64,000 bases of DNA from Candidatus Nealsonbacteria bacterium (GCA_011050465.1 DRFQ01000009.1:192334-256333); one strand, 5' to 3'; counted from the stretch's first letter, positions 33,400 to 44,350 are shown. A program made the numbers and translations. The notes: generated from the letters alone by a model not told the origin.

Positions 33400-34431
33400 T
33401 TAATCTTGTTCTCTTGGTCTATCTAATTGTTTAATCTTTATTTGCGATTTCCCACCCGCAATTTTCACCACGTCTTTATCAATTTTTTCAAATTCTTTAC
33501 CAGCTTTATTATAGCTACCCACGGTTGTTCCCAGATGATTGCCAAGTCTTTTCATGTATTCGCTATAGGTCGATAAATGTTTGCCCAGTCTCTCCACTTC
33601 TTTGATGATTTCCTGAGCCTGCTCGGAAATCTTTTGATTTCTCAGGCCCTGTAAAACAGTTTGTAAATACGCCAGAAAGGATGTCGGAGAAACAACTATA
33701 ACTTTTTTCTTTCCGGCATAGTGAATTAGATTGTTTGTGTCGTCGGTAACTACTCCTACCTTATTAATAAGTAAATCATAGAAAACGGCCTCTGAGGGAA
33801 TAAACATAAAAGCAAAATCCATTGTGTTTTCTTCCGGTTTTACGTATTTGGCCGTTTCATCAATCCGAGCCTTAAGGTCACCAATAAAAGACAATTCATA
33901 TCTTCTCTTGTCTTCGGGATTATGCGATTCCAGTATACGGTTATAATTTTCCAGACTAAACTTTGAATCAATAGGAATAATCCGTTTGTTGGCAAATACT
34001 ACAGCATCAACTATACTGCCATCCTTAAATGAATATTGCATTTGATAAGAACTTGGCGGTAAAACATTTTTCAGAACAGTCTCCAGGTAATACTCGCCCA
34101 AAACACCTCGTTGTTTGGGATTCTTCAGAATATCTTGAAGGTTGCGCAGTTGATCGGCAAAGCTTACAACCTGACGATTGGTTTCGTCTAGCCTTGTTAA
34201 CTTCTCGGTAACATCCTGAATAATTTTGGTACTTTGGCCGAATTGAGTCTGAATAGCTTTTGTTGATTCGGATAATTTGCTATCTAAAACCTGAGCAATA
34301 TTATTTAACTGTTGCTGGAGTATTACGAATGATTCTGACTGTTTCTCCGGTTTTTTCCTTGATACCAGAAAAATCACTATCATCAATCCTACAATAACTA
34401 AAACTAAAAGGCCAGTTACTATCTCTGTCAT
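33400..34431 (-). CDS. rmuC: DNA recombination protein RmuC
   Basis: N-terminal TM helix, a coiled coil, RGVLGEYYLETVLKNVLP, and FMFIPSEAVF in the C-terminal nuclease-like domain. Confidence 0.85.
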   Translation of the reverse strand: MTEIVTGLLVLVIVGLMIVIFLVSRKKPEKQSESFVILQQQLNNIAQVLDSKLSESTKAIQTQFGQSTKIIQDVTEKLTRLDETNRQVVSFADQLRNLQDILKNPKQRGVLGEYYLETVLKNVLPPSSYQMQYSFKDGSIVDAVVFANKRIIPIDSKFSLENYNRILESHNPEDKRRYELSFIGDLKARIDETAKYVKPEENTMDFAFMFIPSEAVFYDLLINKVGVVTDDTNNLIHYAGKKKVIVVSPTSFLAYLQTVLQGLRNQKISEQAQEIIKEVERLGKHLSTYSEYMKRLGNHLGTTVGSYNKAGKEFEKIDKDVVKIAGGKSQIKIKQLDRPREQD

Positions 34432-34482
34432 TAAATTATTCTATAATAATTTAAAGAAAAAATCAACGAACGATGCTTGAGT

Positions 34483-35439
34483 TTATGTAAAAAATATTTC
34501 GGAGACTAAAAAAATCAAGTAAATCAGAAGTAAAAATAGGGCTTCTTTTCTGGTAATCTTCCGGCCAGTTCGGATAAAGAAGAAGAAGAATATGGCTGAA
34601 ATTATCAGAAAGAGCCTGGCAATGGCAAATGGGGAGAAATCTGAAATTTCAATGGGGTGGATTAAAGCCACGGTTCCCAAAACAAGAGTGGCTGCAATAA
34701 TAACAGAACCCATTAAATCCCCTAAAATCATCCGGGTTCGACCCTTCCTGGCAGAAGCTATGGCGAAATAGATTTCAGGCAACGCGTTTCCGGTGCCAAC
34801 AATCAAAACCCCAATTATTGGTAAAGATAAATTAAAACTGATGGCAAAAAAGCTGGCCGACCTAACAATTCCTTCTGCTCCCAATAATAGCAATATTATA
34901 CCGATAGCCACTCTCCCAATATCCTTAAAGAAGGTCTTTAGTTCTTTCACAATGGGGAGTTTCTGTCCATCATATACTTTAATAAATCTTTCTTTTTTGG
35001 AAAAAAGCCAAAAAACATAAAAGAAAAAGAATCCGATCAATAAGATCCCGTCTACCCTGCCCAATGTCCCATCTAAAATCAAAACAACGGGCAATATGGC
35101 AATTAAGATTGTGAATAATGAAGAAACCTGGATTAAATTGCTTGTAGTTGGCAAACCTTTGGTGATTAAAACCACTAAAGCAACAGCCACCGTTAAATCG
35201 ACTATATTGCCCCCAACCACATCACCAAAGGAAAGTTGAGGAATTCCATGTAAAGCTGAACTTATTCCAACAAAAAAATTAGGAATAGAAGAGGCTATGG
35301 CTATAACAAAAAAAGCTACCACAAATTCTTTCCATCTTAGAAATTTGGCTATTCTCATTAAACTATCAATAATAAAAGTGCCTGCCCAGAAAAGCAAAAG
35401 AACGGAAATAATGAAAATTAAAATATAGACAAAAGTCAT
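34483..35439 (-). CDS. Ca2+/cation antiporter (CaCA, YrbG-like)
   Basis: About 10 TM helices with two alpha-repeat motifs (ASSIPNFFVGISSAL; GTGNALPEIYFAI). Confidence 0.75.
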   Translation of the reverse strand: MTFVYILIFIISVLLLFWAGTFIIDSLMRIAKFLRWKEFVVAFFVIAIASSIPNFFVGISSALHGIPQLSFGDVVGGNIVDLTVAVALVVLITKGLPTTSNLIQVSSLFTILIAILPVVLILDGTLGRVDGILLIGFFFFYVFWLFSKKERFIKVYDGQKLPIVKELKTFFKDIGRVAIGIILLLLGAEGIVRSASFFAISFNLSLPIIGVLIVGTGNALPEIYFAIASARKGRTRMILGDLMGSVIIAATLVLGTVALIHPIEISDFSPFAIARLFLIISAIFFFFFIRTGRKITRKEALFLLLIYLIFLVSEIFFT

Positions 35440-35447
35440 GTTGTAGA

Positions 35448-36578
35448 TTAAAACACCTTTAAGAAATAAAATATTTCATATAAAACTCCGAGAATAAAAA
35501 TTAAAATTAGAAAAGATGTTAAAAAATAAAAGAGGGAGAAACGACTGATTTTCTTGCAGGCCCGGTACATTAAAAGAATTAAGATTCCGTTGATGCCAAT
35601 CATTATTCCTCCAACAAAAGATATTACTGGGATAAAATCTTTAATACCAACTAAAAAAAAGGCCAAAGGAAAAAAACAAGTAATTGCCCAGGCCAAGTTT
35701 TTCCCTATTTTCAGATCATACCAAAAAACCTTCTTTAAGGTTAGCCCCAAAGCAATAAAAGAAGTAAAAGTCGTCAGAACGCCAAAGAGCAGCCCCAATG
35801 AAACTATTCCATCGCCTAAAAAATTCCGCAAGCCAAGCAAGGCAGATTCGGTGGTTTGAGGTCCGGTAATTCCTAAAATTATATAAATAAAAAAAATATA
35901 AACTAAAATTGGAATTAAAATGGCAACGGGAATTATTTTTTTCAGCAAGTCTTTTCTTCTTCCCAACATCTCCTCTACTTCGGGAATTAAGGATGCCCCC
36001 CATAAAGAAAAAAGAATAACACCGTAGGGCAAGAAAAAATTATTTAAATTTAAAGTCGGGGCAATAAAAAGATTTTTCATTTCGAAAAAAGGCTGGCCAC
36101 GTAAAAATATAATAACTAAAACAATAAAGAATAAAATTAATCCCCAAAATTCTATTTTAGAGATAGCTTTAATTCCAAAGAAAATTAAAATAGCCCCGAA
36201 AGCAAAATAGAAAAAAGTATAAAACAACGAATTACCGCCCAAGAATGGTGACAATAAACTTTCTAAAAACTGTCCGCCAATAATTAAATAAGCCAGAAGT
36301 GCTCCAAATAATCCCAAGATTGTTGAGATATAGGCTACGAGTTGACCCCATTTTCCAAGGTAAATCTTAGCAAAGCCAGGTAATCTCTTAAAATCTGGTG
36401 TTCTTAGAGATAATTCGCCAAAAAATAAATGCAAAATAATAACCAAAGCCCCCAAAACTAAAAAATAGCCCAACATTACAAAAATCCCAACTTTTGAAGT
36501 AATATAAGGCAAAGAAAAAAGACCGACTCCGATAATGGTGCCAGAAAGAATAGATATAGCGTAAATTACTTTTTTCAT
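35448..36578 (-). CDS. amino-acid permease-like transporter (about 11 TM)
   Basis: The N-terminal SGTIIGVGLFSLPY motif and overall topology resemble aromatic/neutral amino-acid transporter families. Confidence 0.6.
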   Translation of the reverse strand: MKKVIYAISILSGTIIGVGLFSLPYITSKVGIFVMLGYFLVLGALVIILHLFFGELSLRTPDFKRLPGFAKIYLGKWGQLVAYISTILGLFGALLAYLIIGGQFLESLLSPFLGGNSLFYTFFYFAFGAILIFFGIKAISKIEFWGLILFFIVLVIIFLRGQPFFEMKNLFIAPTLNLNNFFLPYGVILFSLWGASLIPEVEEMLGRRKDLLKKIIPVAILIPILVYIFFIYIILGITGPQTTESALLGLRNFLGDGIVSLGLLFGVLTTFTSFIALGLTLKKVFWYDLKIGKNLAWAITCFFPLAFFLVGIKDFIPVISFVGGIMIGINGILILLMYRACKKISRFSLFYFLTSFLILIFILGVLYEIFYFLKVF

Positions 36579-36587
36579 TTATTTTCT

Positions 36588-39302
36588 TTAATCAAATTTT
36601 TTCTTTCTTATAAAATAGTATTTAGCGCCCTCAATTAACAGCAGATTCAATAACCCCAAGCTTAAAAGAAGTACCCAGTCGAAAGGATTCAATAAAGGTT
36701 CTGTACCTAAAAGTTTCTGAAGGGGCTCAAGATAAAGAGCGGCCAGTAAAGCTATTACTCCAATAAACCAACTAAAAATCAAAAATTTATTAGAGAATAT
36801 ATTGATAGACCAAATATTCTTTCTCAAACTTTTACAAGAAAAAACATAAAAAAGTGAACCTATGGTTAATCCAACAAAAATCATTGACTGAATATGAGTG
36901 ATTCTGTATCCCGAATATTTAATTAACCAGAAAAACAATCCCAAAAGAATAATATCGGTTATAATGCCGATAATGAAAATTAAAACTTTCATTTCCTTGG
37001 TCATTAATGGAATACGATGTCCATAGGGTTTTCTTTCCATTAAGTCTTTGTCTTTTGGCTCAAAAGCTAAAGCTACGCTTGGCAAGCCATCTTCAATCAA
37101 GTTCACCCATAAAATCTGGACGGCTGTAACCGGCAGAATGAAAGAATTGCCAGTAATCCTGCTTATCATTATAGCTGTTCCGATTAAAATCACTTCAGTA
37201 AAACTATCAGAAAGTACATAAGTAATAACCTTTCTGATATTATCGATAATTGCTCTTCCCTCTTCAATTGCAGCGACAATGATATCAAAAGAATCTGACA
37301 GAAGGATTAAGTCAGAGGTTTCTTTGGCAACATCGGTCCCTGAGCCTAAAGCTATGCCGATATCAGCCTTTTTTAGGGCTGGGGCATCATTTATACCATC
37401 GCCGGTCATTGCCACCACCTCTCCCTTATCCTGCCAGGCCTTAATAATTCTTATCTTATGTTTAGGTTCAACTCTGGCGTAAATCTGAATTTCTTTTAAT
37501 CTCTTTGCAAACTCTTCGTCGGATAGTTTATCTAAATCTTCTCCTTCAAAAATATTTTTCTCTGAGATTTTAAATCCTATCTCAGTAGCTACGGCTTTTG
37601 CGGTTAACCTGTGGTCCCCGGTAACCAAAATAATCCTTATTCCTGCCTGACGACAAATTTTAATTGCCCTTTTCGCTTCTTTTCTTAAGGGATCTCTTAA
37701 GGCAATAAAGCCTACAAAAATTAAATCTTGGGAAAATTCTTCAAATGATTCTAAGCTTGGCGCTTTTTCCTTAGAGACGGCTATTTTCCTATAAGCTGTA
37801 GCTAAAATCCTTTGTCCCTGAACAGCTAATGTCTCATATTTTTTGTTTAATTCTCTGATTTTTTCTTCTGATAATAATTTTTGCTTTCCATCTATCTCTA
37901 TATATCTTGATTTCTCTAGAATTTTCTCCGGGGCTCCTAAAATATAAAGGATATTTTCTCTCTCTGAAAAACGGTGGAGAGAAGCAGAGTGTCTCAGGCT
38001 TGAACTAAAAGGAAGATCTATAATTTTTGGCTGCTCTTTTTCTAACTCTTTTTTATCCAGACCAGCCTGGATGCCGGCTACTAATAAAGCCTTATCGGTT
38101 GGCCTGCCCCGAATAATCCATTCTTCCAGGGGTTTATCAGGATTTTCAATGAAAGCTTCGCCGCATAAAGTAGCAATTTTTAGAGCTAAAATATGAGACT
38201 CAACCCCATCTCTATCAACTCGTTCTGAATATTTTTGTCCGTCGCTTAAAAGTTCTTTAGTGCCGGTATAAATTCCAGCCACCTGCATGTTTCCTTCGGT
38301 CAAAGTTCCGGTTTTATCTGTGCAAATTACAGAAGTTGAACCTAGGGTTTCAGCTGCTAAAAGTTTTCTGACCAATCCTCTTCTTTTCAAAATTCTTTGC
38401 ATTCCCAGAGAAAGAACAACAGTAATGGCAATCGGCAAGCCCTCTGGAATGGCAGCTACTGCTACAGCTACCGCCACCGTAAACATTTCTATGAATTTTC
38501 CACCCGTCAATATTCCTTCAAGAAAAATAAAGATGGACATTATTATAACTATGAGACCGATAATTTTTGTGAAATGGAGTAATCTTTTTTGATAAGGAGT
38601 TTTTTCCTCTTTTGTCTCTTTAACCATTTGGGCAATTTTCCCAACCTCAGTCTGGATTCCAATACCACTCACTACTACCCTTCCTTTTCCTTCTTCAATA
38701 ATTGTTCCCATATAAACCATATTATCTCTGTCGGCTAAGGGTGTCTTTTTTGGAAAAATATCTATTTTTTTTTCAGCTGATATCCATTCTCCGGTCAGGG
38801 TGGCTTCGTTGACCTTCAAATTATAAGCTTCGATTAGCCTTCCGTCAGCCGGAATCTTGTCTCCCGGATCTAAAATAAAAACATCTCCCAGAACGAGATC
38901 TGATGAATTTATAACTTTTTCATTTCCCCCTCTGAGTACTTTAGCTTCCGGCATAATTGTTTTCTTAAGTTCCCTTAAAGCTTGATTAGCTTTATTCTCT
39001 TGAAAAAAACCAACAATTGTGTTCAGAATTACAGCGCCGAAAATAACAATAGAATCTGTATATTCTTTTAAAAATAGGGTTATTACTCCGGCAATAACTA
39101 AAATATAAATTAAGGGGCTTCTAAATTGCTCCAAAAATATCTTAACACCTGATAAAGGTTTTTCTGTGGGGAGTAAATTTTTTCCAACTTTCTTTTGACG
39201 ATCTTTTGCTTCTTCTTCGCTTAAGCCTTTTTTCAAATCGGTCTTTAGAATTATCCCCGTTTCTCTGATTGAGAGATTGTGCCAAAATGTTTCTTTAATC
39301 AT
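36588..39302 (-). CDS. cation-transporting P-type ATPase (type II, Ca2+-ATPase-like)
   Basis: ICTDKTGTLT phosphorylation site, the TGES-type A-domain motif (LTGEW), TGDGINDAPALKKADIGIA, and 10 TM helices. Confidence 0.9.
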   Translation of the reverse strand: MIKETFWHNLSIRETGIILKTDLKKGLSEEEAKDRQKKVGKNLLPTEKPLSGVKIFLEQFRSPLIYILVIAGVITLFLKEYTDSIVIFGAVILNTIVGFFQENKANQALRELKKTIMPEAKVLRGGNEKVINSSDLVLGDVFILDPGDKIPADGRLIEAYNLKVNEATLTGEWISAEKKIDIFPKKTPLADRDNMVYMGTIIEEGKGRVVVSGIGIQTEVGKIAQMVKETKEEKTPYQKRLLHFTKIIGLIVIIMSIFIFLEGILTGGKFIEMFTVAVAVAVAAIPEGLPIAITVVLSLGMQRILKRRGLVRKLLAAETLGSTSVICTDKTGTLTEGNMQVAGIYTGTKELLSDGQKYSERVDRDGVESHILALKIATLCGEAFIENPDKPLEEWIIRGRPTDKALLVAGIQAGLDKKELEKEQPKIIDLPFSSSLRHSASLHRFSERENILYILGAPEKILEKSRYIEIDGKQKLLSEEKIRELNKKYETLAVQGQRILATAYRKIAVSKEKAPSLESFEEFSQDLIFVGFIALRDPLRKEAKRAIKICRQAGIRIILVTGDHRLTAKAVATEIGFKISEKNIFEGEDLDKLSDEEFAKRLKEIQIYARVEPKHKIRIIKAWQDKGEVVAMTGDGINDAPALKKADIGIALGSGTDVAKETSDLILLSDSFDIIVAAIEEGRAIIDNIRKVITYVLSDSFTEVILIGTAIMISRITGNSFILPVTAVQILWVNLIEDGLPSVALAFEPKDKDLMERKPYGHRIPLMTKEMKVLIFIIGIITDIILLGLFFWLIKYSGYRITHIQSMIFVGLTIGSLFYVFSCKSLRKNIWSINIFSNKFLIFSWFIGVIALLAALYLEPLQKLLGTEPLLNPFDWVLLLSLGLLNLLLIEGAKYYFIRKKKFD

Positions 39303-39497
39303 TATCTTATTGTAAATAAAAAATTGACTTTTTGAAAGCCAATCGGTATCGGCTGTGTCGATGTCCGCAAATTTGAACTTAAAATGCGGAGATCTTTTTT
39401 AAAAATTCCATAAATCTATGAATTAACGAATTAGTAATTAAATTTGTAATTTTGTAGATTTATCTTAAATCAATATTAAATAAAATGCAATATAGAG

Positions 39498-40982
39498 TTA
39501 CTGTACTTTATCTCCTGTTAATTTTTCATAGAGATTTGAAGCAAAGGATATTATTGGAGCAAAACCAGGCAAAAAGCTTGCCGCGCCAATATAATACATA
39601 TTTTTGAAGGGACTTTTATGTCTAAGACGGTTTATATTAACATTAGCCGGATCTAAACTAGTGCCATAACTGCTTCCTTGAGGCGCAAAAACAAAATGTT
39701 CGCTTGTTGTCGGAGTACCGACTATTCTTAAAACAATGTGGGATTTTAATCCAGGGACAAATTTTTCTTCTATTGTATCTATAAGTTTATCGGCATATTT
39801 TTCCTTCACTTTAATATATTCTGCTCTGCTCTTAGACCTTAAATCAGCAAAATATTGATAATTGCAAGGAGCTATGGCAACTAATTGATGACATCCCGGG
39901 GGACATAAAGCATCTGAACGTAAAGATGGCGCATTGCAAAAGAGCTGCAGTTCTTTGGGAATGCCCTGGGCAAAGTGCTGCTCATAAAGACTGTTTATAT
40001 CTGGATCTGAATAATAAAATATATTTTCTTTGCCCATATATTTACTTAAGTCTATATCCTTCAAGCCTAAAAAGACGCTTAACACGCCTGATGAATAATC
40101 ATAATCTAATTTTTTTTGAAATTTTTCAGGAAAATATTCTTTACCAATTAAATCCATGCTGAGCTTTGGATCTCCATTGAAAATAAAATTATCTGCCGAA
40201 AACATCTCTCCATTTTTAGTCTCTGCTGAAATAACTCTTGTATTATCATCGTTTAAATTTAATTTTACAATTTCTGTAGAAAGATGTGTACTGCATTTTT
40301 TACTATCTTTGATTTTATTAAACAAGCCATTTACCGCCTTTTCAAAATGCTCTGTTGGATAGTATGCTCCGGAGTCATAAGAGGCAATGCCCCACGCGTG
40401 AACAACTAAAGATAATTTATTAGGCGGCAAAAGAAAAACTGGACTTTGACCCGATAATATTAATTGAAGCTTAGGAGGAAATTGAAAATGGTCAAAAAGA
40501 TTTTGGAGCGTCCATTTAAGGTACTTATAAATATAAGCGAAGCATAATAGTTTTTCGACGTTGTTTTTGTGTTGATTAAACTTCTCTATTATAGAGAAGT
40601 ATTTTTTTATTTGTTTGCCGTGATTGGGGAACATTACTGATAATCGCGAACATTCACGTTCAAATCCACTGCCAATCTTGTAATCGATTCCTTTTGAAAC
40701 TACTCTATCAAATCCTTTTGGGTCAAGTTTCTCAAATGTAACTTCCTTTTCTAATCCTAATTTTTTTAGCATATTATAGACTGCCTCGCCTTTTCCGCAA
40801 TTCCAAACATAATGCCATCCGGGACAGAATGAAAAACCTTCTCGTTTAAAAGTATGGCCATAACCTCCCGGAAGATAATGCTGTTCGAAAATAATCACTT
40901 TTTTTCCTGCTTCCGCAAGCAAAGCGCCTGTTGTTAATCCTCCTATTCCCATGCCAATAATAGCGTAGTCGTATTTTTCCAT
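39498..40982 (-). CDS. FAD/NAD(P)-dependent oxidoreductase, phytoene desaturase (CrtI)-like family
   Basis: N-terminal dinucleotide fold YDYAIIGMGIGGLTTGALLAEAGKKVIIFEQHYLPGG. Length and C-terminal motif are typical of the family. Confidence 0.75.
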   Translation of the reverse strand: MEKYDYAIIGMGIGGLTTGALLAEAGKKVIIFEQHYLPGGYGHTFKREGFSFCPGWHYVWNCGKGEAVYNMLKKLGLEKEVTFEKLDPKGFDRVVSKGIDYKIGSGFERECSRLSVMFPNHGKQIKKYFSIIEKFNQHKNNVEKLLCFAYIYKYLKWTLQNLFDHFQFPPKLQLILSGQSPVFLLPPNKLSLVVHAWGIASYDSGAYYPTEHFEKAVNGLFNKIKDSKKCSTHLSTEIVKLNLNDDNTRVISAETKNGEMFSADNFIFNGDPKLSMDLIGKEYFPEKFQKKLDYDYSSGVLSVFLGLKDIDLSKYMGKENIFYYSDPDINSLYEQHFAQGIPKELQLFCNAPSLRSDALCPPGCHQLVAIAPCNYQYFADLRSKSRAEYIKVKEKYADKLIDTIEEKFVPGLKSHIVLRIVGTPTTSEHFVFAPQGSSYGTSLDPANVNINRLRHKSPFKNMYYIGAASFLPGFAPIISFASNLYEKLTGDKVQ

Positions 40983-41130
40983 ATACTTTATTCTATCAAA
41001 ACATTTACCCCGTATAAAGCCCCGAAATAGAACGAAGTTCAGTTCGGGACTAGTCCGGCACCGTGCTATGCTCTGGTGCTGGGCTATGCCTCTGCTTCTG
41101 TACGGGGCCGCCTTTTTAGAGATTTTCTTG

Positions 41131-41203
41131 CGGCCCCAACGGGATTTGAACCCGTGTTACCAGATTGAGAACCTGGCGTCCTAAGCCTCTAGACGATAGG
41201 GCC
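41131..41203 (-). tRNA. tRNA-Glu (anticodon CUC)
   Basis: Acceptor GGCCCTA/TGGGGCC, anticodon stem CCAGG/TCTGG with loop TTCTCAA, T-arm ACGGG-TTCAAAT-CCCGT (read by hand). Confidence 0.85.
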
Positions 41204-41225
41204 ATAAAAAAAGAGGATTGATCCC

Positions 41226-41624
41226 CTATTCTTTCCTCTTTTTAAATAGTCGCTGAGCAAAATCTTCCAATTGACCGGTCTGGTCTTTCTGTAAAACTAT
41301 ACGATTAATGGCCTGCATTTGTCTCTCGCTGAATCCCAGGCGGTGTCCTTTCTTTCTGTGTTTCTGAATAACTATCATTACTGTGTTTTTTTCTATAATT
41401 GATGCCTGTCGAAATTTAGCTGCCAAAATAGCTTGTGTTATTATCCAGCTGCTTATCTCGTCTAAAACTTGGTTATTGCTGAGAATATCTTCAATGACTT
41501 GTTCCATCTTCTGAATTGTTCTCTGTGGAAAGTTGTTATCTAAAGATGGAACGGAAAATAGTCTCAGACCTCTTTTCATTGTTTTCGTTCTCTTCTTGGG
41601 TTTGGTCGATTTAACTCTAGCCAC
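41226..41624 (-). CDS. basic hypothetical protein
   Basis: The start is moved to the GTG at 41624 (aggagg + 8 nt) because the track's TTG start lies upstream of the SD. Lys/Arg-rich N-terminus. Confidence 0.5.
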   Translation of the reverse strand: MARVKSTKPKKRTKTMKRGLRLFSVPSLDNNFPQRTIQKMEQVIEDILSNNQVLDEISSWIITQAILAAKFRQASIIEKNTVMIVIQKHRKKGHRLGFSERQMQAINRIVLQKDQTGQLEDFAQRLFKKRKE

Positions 41625-41753
41625 TTTTTTTACCTCCTTTCTTGTCGAGATCGACAATTTGAAATTGAATGTTCTATCTTGAAATTAACACGATTATAAC
41701 AAAAAGCCAAGGACATGGTCCTGGCTTTGGGGGATAAAATCTTTATCTAGGAT

Positions 41754-41978
41754 CTACTTCTTTTTGCCAACTAGACTAATCTGAGCATGCTTGAGGTCAA
41801 CCTTAGACCTCATAAACTCGGTTCCGTTTCTTCCTTCAAATAGAAAGGATCCCTCTTTGGATTTGCTAATAAAAATGCCCAAATATCTTTTACCTCTAAA
41901 TAAAAACATCACTGGTGCTCTTTTTTCTATCGCTTCTAGGGCCTCTTCTTCTGTCATCCCCTCTTCTTGTGTTGTCAC
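41754..41978 (-). CDS. hypothetical protein
   Basis: 74-aa ORF with SD ggagg upstream of the ATG. Confidence 0.45.
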   Translation of the reverse strand: MTTQEEGMTEEEALEAIEKRAPVMFLFRGKRYLGIFISKSKEGSFLFEGRNGTEFMRSKVDLKHAQISLVGKKK

Positions 41979-42187
41979 CTTTATACCTCCTTCAGATGAC
42001 CAACTATCACGAAAGAGCCATTCCTTTTAATCAGGCAAACCTGAAATTAAAAGGCCGATTCTGATGATCGGTTGAGCTTTCAAAATATTTTAATTGACAA
42101 CTCAACCAATCTTCTGATGAATAGCTCGAAATAGCCTCCCTGACCGGAATCACCCAAAGTCAGGGAGGCCTGTGGTGGTAGTTACTG

Positions 42188-42508
42188 CTAGGCGATAAGT
42201 CGCCCGATAGCTTCTATCAATTCAGCAAGGCTGGAAATGACAGAAGCTAAGGCGAGGAGCAGCAGGGTGAGAACAAGACTGATACACCCCGCAAAGACAC
42301 CGATCCTGAACCAGAAGCGGACAGGAGAATTCTGGATCGACGTCCTAACCCTATTTTCATGGCAAGCACACCTTTGTGAATCATGGGCGAAACCATGATA
42401 CACCAACCAATGCGCAATGTTAGAAACATACACAAATCGGCTGTTAAGGAAGTCTGCCAGAATCCAGGTAACGCCTAGCGCTACCAAGCTCCAGAATAGG
42501 GCTTCCAT
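42188..42508 (-). CDS. hypothetical membrane protein
   Basis: SD aaggaggtg 5 nt upstream of the ATG. Two or three TM helices. By eye the patch is GC-rich. Preferred over the nested 62-aa ORF. Confidence 0.5.
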   Translation of the reverse strand: MEALFWSLVALGVTWILADFLNSRFVYVSNIAHWLVYHGFAHDSQRCACHENRVRTSIQNSPVRFWFRIGVFAGCISLVLTLLLLALASVISSLAELIEAIGRLIA

Positions 42509-42625
42509 AGTTTCACCTCCTTTCTTAATCTTTCAGCAACCACCCCCCATATTCTTTTTAGAATATCAACTCTGTTTTGTCAAGCCCCAACCAAAAATAA
42601 GGATATTCGAATACACTATTTTATT

Positions 42626-44332
42626 TTATTCGTAATCTGGAGGAATTTGCCAATAATCAATGATATATTTTGCCAAATCGTGAAAAATTGGCACAGCTGA
42701 ATATTCAGCGGTCTTAGTTTTTGGGTTGTTAAGTTTAACTAAAATTTGGAAACGAGGATTATAGGCTGGAGCGAATCCAACAAAGCTCTGAATGGTTTTG
42801 TCTGAATAGCCTGATTTATTCATTCCCAAAGCAGACCAAGCAATTTGGGCAGTACCGGTCTTTCCGGCAATATAATAACCGGGGATTTTCGCGCTCTTGG
42901 CATAACCTTGTTCCACCACATTGACTAGCATTTTTATTAATTGTGAGGCGGTTTGAGAGGAAATAATTTGAGAGCCTGCTATGACAGGCTGTGTCTCTTT
43001 TTCTTCCCCATTGGTTAAAACCTTTTTCACCATATAGGGTTTCACCAACCTTCCTTTGTTGGTGATAGCTGAAAAGGCTCTAAAAAGTTGGATGGGTGTC
43101 ATCTCGATTCCTTGACCAAAAGAAGCTGTAGCGAAATTGATTTCATACCCTTTTTTAAACTCCTTATTTTCTGAAAAAACTTCTCCTTCTAGATCAATTC
43201 CGGTTGGTTTGAAAATGGCAAATTTTTCAAGATATTTCAAGAAAAGCTCATGACCAACCTGACTTTCAGCAAAAACTGCTCCGGTATTTATCGATCTTTC
43301 TAAGACTTCGGTCATTGTTCTTTGACCCCAAACTCTATTGTCGTAATTGTAAATTGTATAACCTCCGACCTTAACAAATCCCTTATCTTCATAAGTTGTC
43401 TGTGGGGTCAGTTTTTTTTCGTTCAAACCGGCGGCCATGACTATAGGCTTAAAAACAGAGCCTGGTTCAAAGATTTTTTGAATAGCTGAGTTCTGAAAAA
43501 TTTCCCAATTTTCAACTTTTGAATACTGATTAGGATTAAAATTAGGAAAGTTAGCTATTGCCAGTATTTCACCGGAGATAGTATCTCCAACTATAATTGT
43601 CCCTTCCTCGATATCGAAATTTTCTTTAGCTTCCCATAATAACTTTTCTGCCATAAATTGGATATTATAATCCAAAGTTAAAACAAGATCGGAGCCTCCT
43701 TCGGCCGGCAGAAATTTTTCAGCAAAGGCTAAAAAAAATCCTTGAGCACTTCTTTCTCCTTCTTGAAAACCTTCCCTGCCTTCTAAAATATCATTATAAT
43801 AACCCTCTATTCCGTATTCTCCACCTCCATCTGCTTGTAAAAAACCTATTGTTTGGGAAGCTAAAAACTTTTGAGGATAAAACCTGCCTTTTTCTTTCTC
43901 CAGATAGACGCCCGTTAAATCTAATTCCTTTAATTCTTTTAATTCTTCTTCTGTTAATTTCTTTTTTATGATTGTATAGAAAGTTTCTCTGCTTAATCTT
44001 TCTAAAATAAAGTCTTGATCTAATTCAAGAATTCCGCTTAATTGTTGAGCTATGCCTGTTTTATCCTGGACTTCATTTGGAGCAGCATAAACCAAAGACC
44101 ATTCTTTATTGATTGCCAAAGGATAAAGATTGTCATTCTTATCTCTTAAAAAAATTTCCCCTCTTGTGCTGGGAATTTTTAAAAAAATTTTTTGCTGCCC
44201 CTTGGCTAAGGCCCGCCAATAATCTTGATTTAAAACTTGAAGAAAAAATAAGCGGCTAATGATTACCGCTCCAAAAAAAATAATAAAGATAAAGATTAAA
44301 TTAATCCGCCATTGCTTCATAAAAAAAATCAA
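42626..44332 (-). CDS. ftsI: class B penicillin-binding protein / peptidoglycan D,D-transpeptidase FtsI
   Basis: N-terminal TM helix, SVFK (SxxK), SIN (SxN) and KTGT motifs, in the dcw position after the ftsL-like gene. Confidence 0.9.
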   Translation of the reverse strand: MIFFMKQWRINLIFIFIIFFGAVIISRLFFLQVLNQDYWRALAKGQQKIFLKIPSTRGEIFLRDKNDNLYPLAINKEWSLVYAAPNEVQDKTGIAQQLSGILELDQDFILERLSRETFYTIIKKKLTEEELKELKELDLTGVYLEKEKGRFYPQKFLASQTIGFLQADGGGEYGIEGYYNDILEGREGFQEGERSAQGFFLAFAEKFLPAEGGSDLVLTLDYNIQFMAEKLLWEAKENFDIEEGTIIVGDTISGEILAIANFPNFNPNQYSKVENWEIFQNSAIQKIFEPGSVFKPIVMAAGLNEKKLTPQTTYEDKGFVKVGGYTIYNYDNRVWGQRTMTEVLERSINTGAVFAESQVGHELFLKYLEKFAIFKPTGIDLEGEVFSENKEFKKGYEINFATASFGQGIEMTPIQLFRAFSAITNKGRLVKPYMVKKVLTNGEEKETQPVIAGSQIISSQTASQLIKMLVNVVEQGYAKSAKIPGYYIAGKTGTAQIAWSALGMNKSGYSDKTIQSFVGFAPAYNPRFQILVKLNNPKTKTAEYSAVPIFHDLAKYIIDYWQIPPDYE

Positions 44333-44350
44333 GAAAAGAGAAAAGAAACT

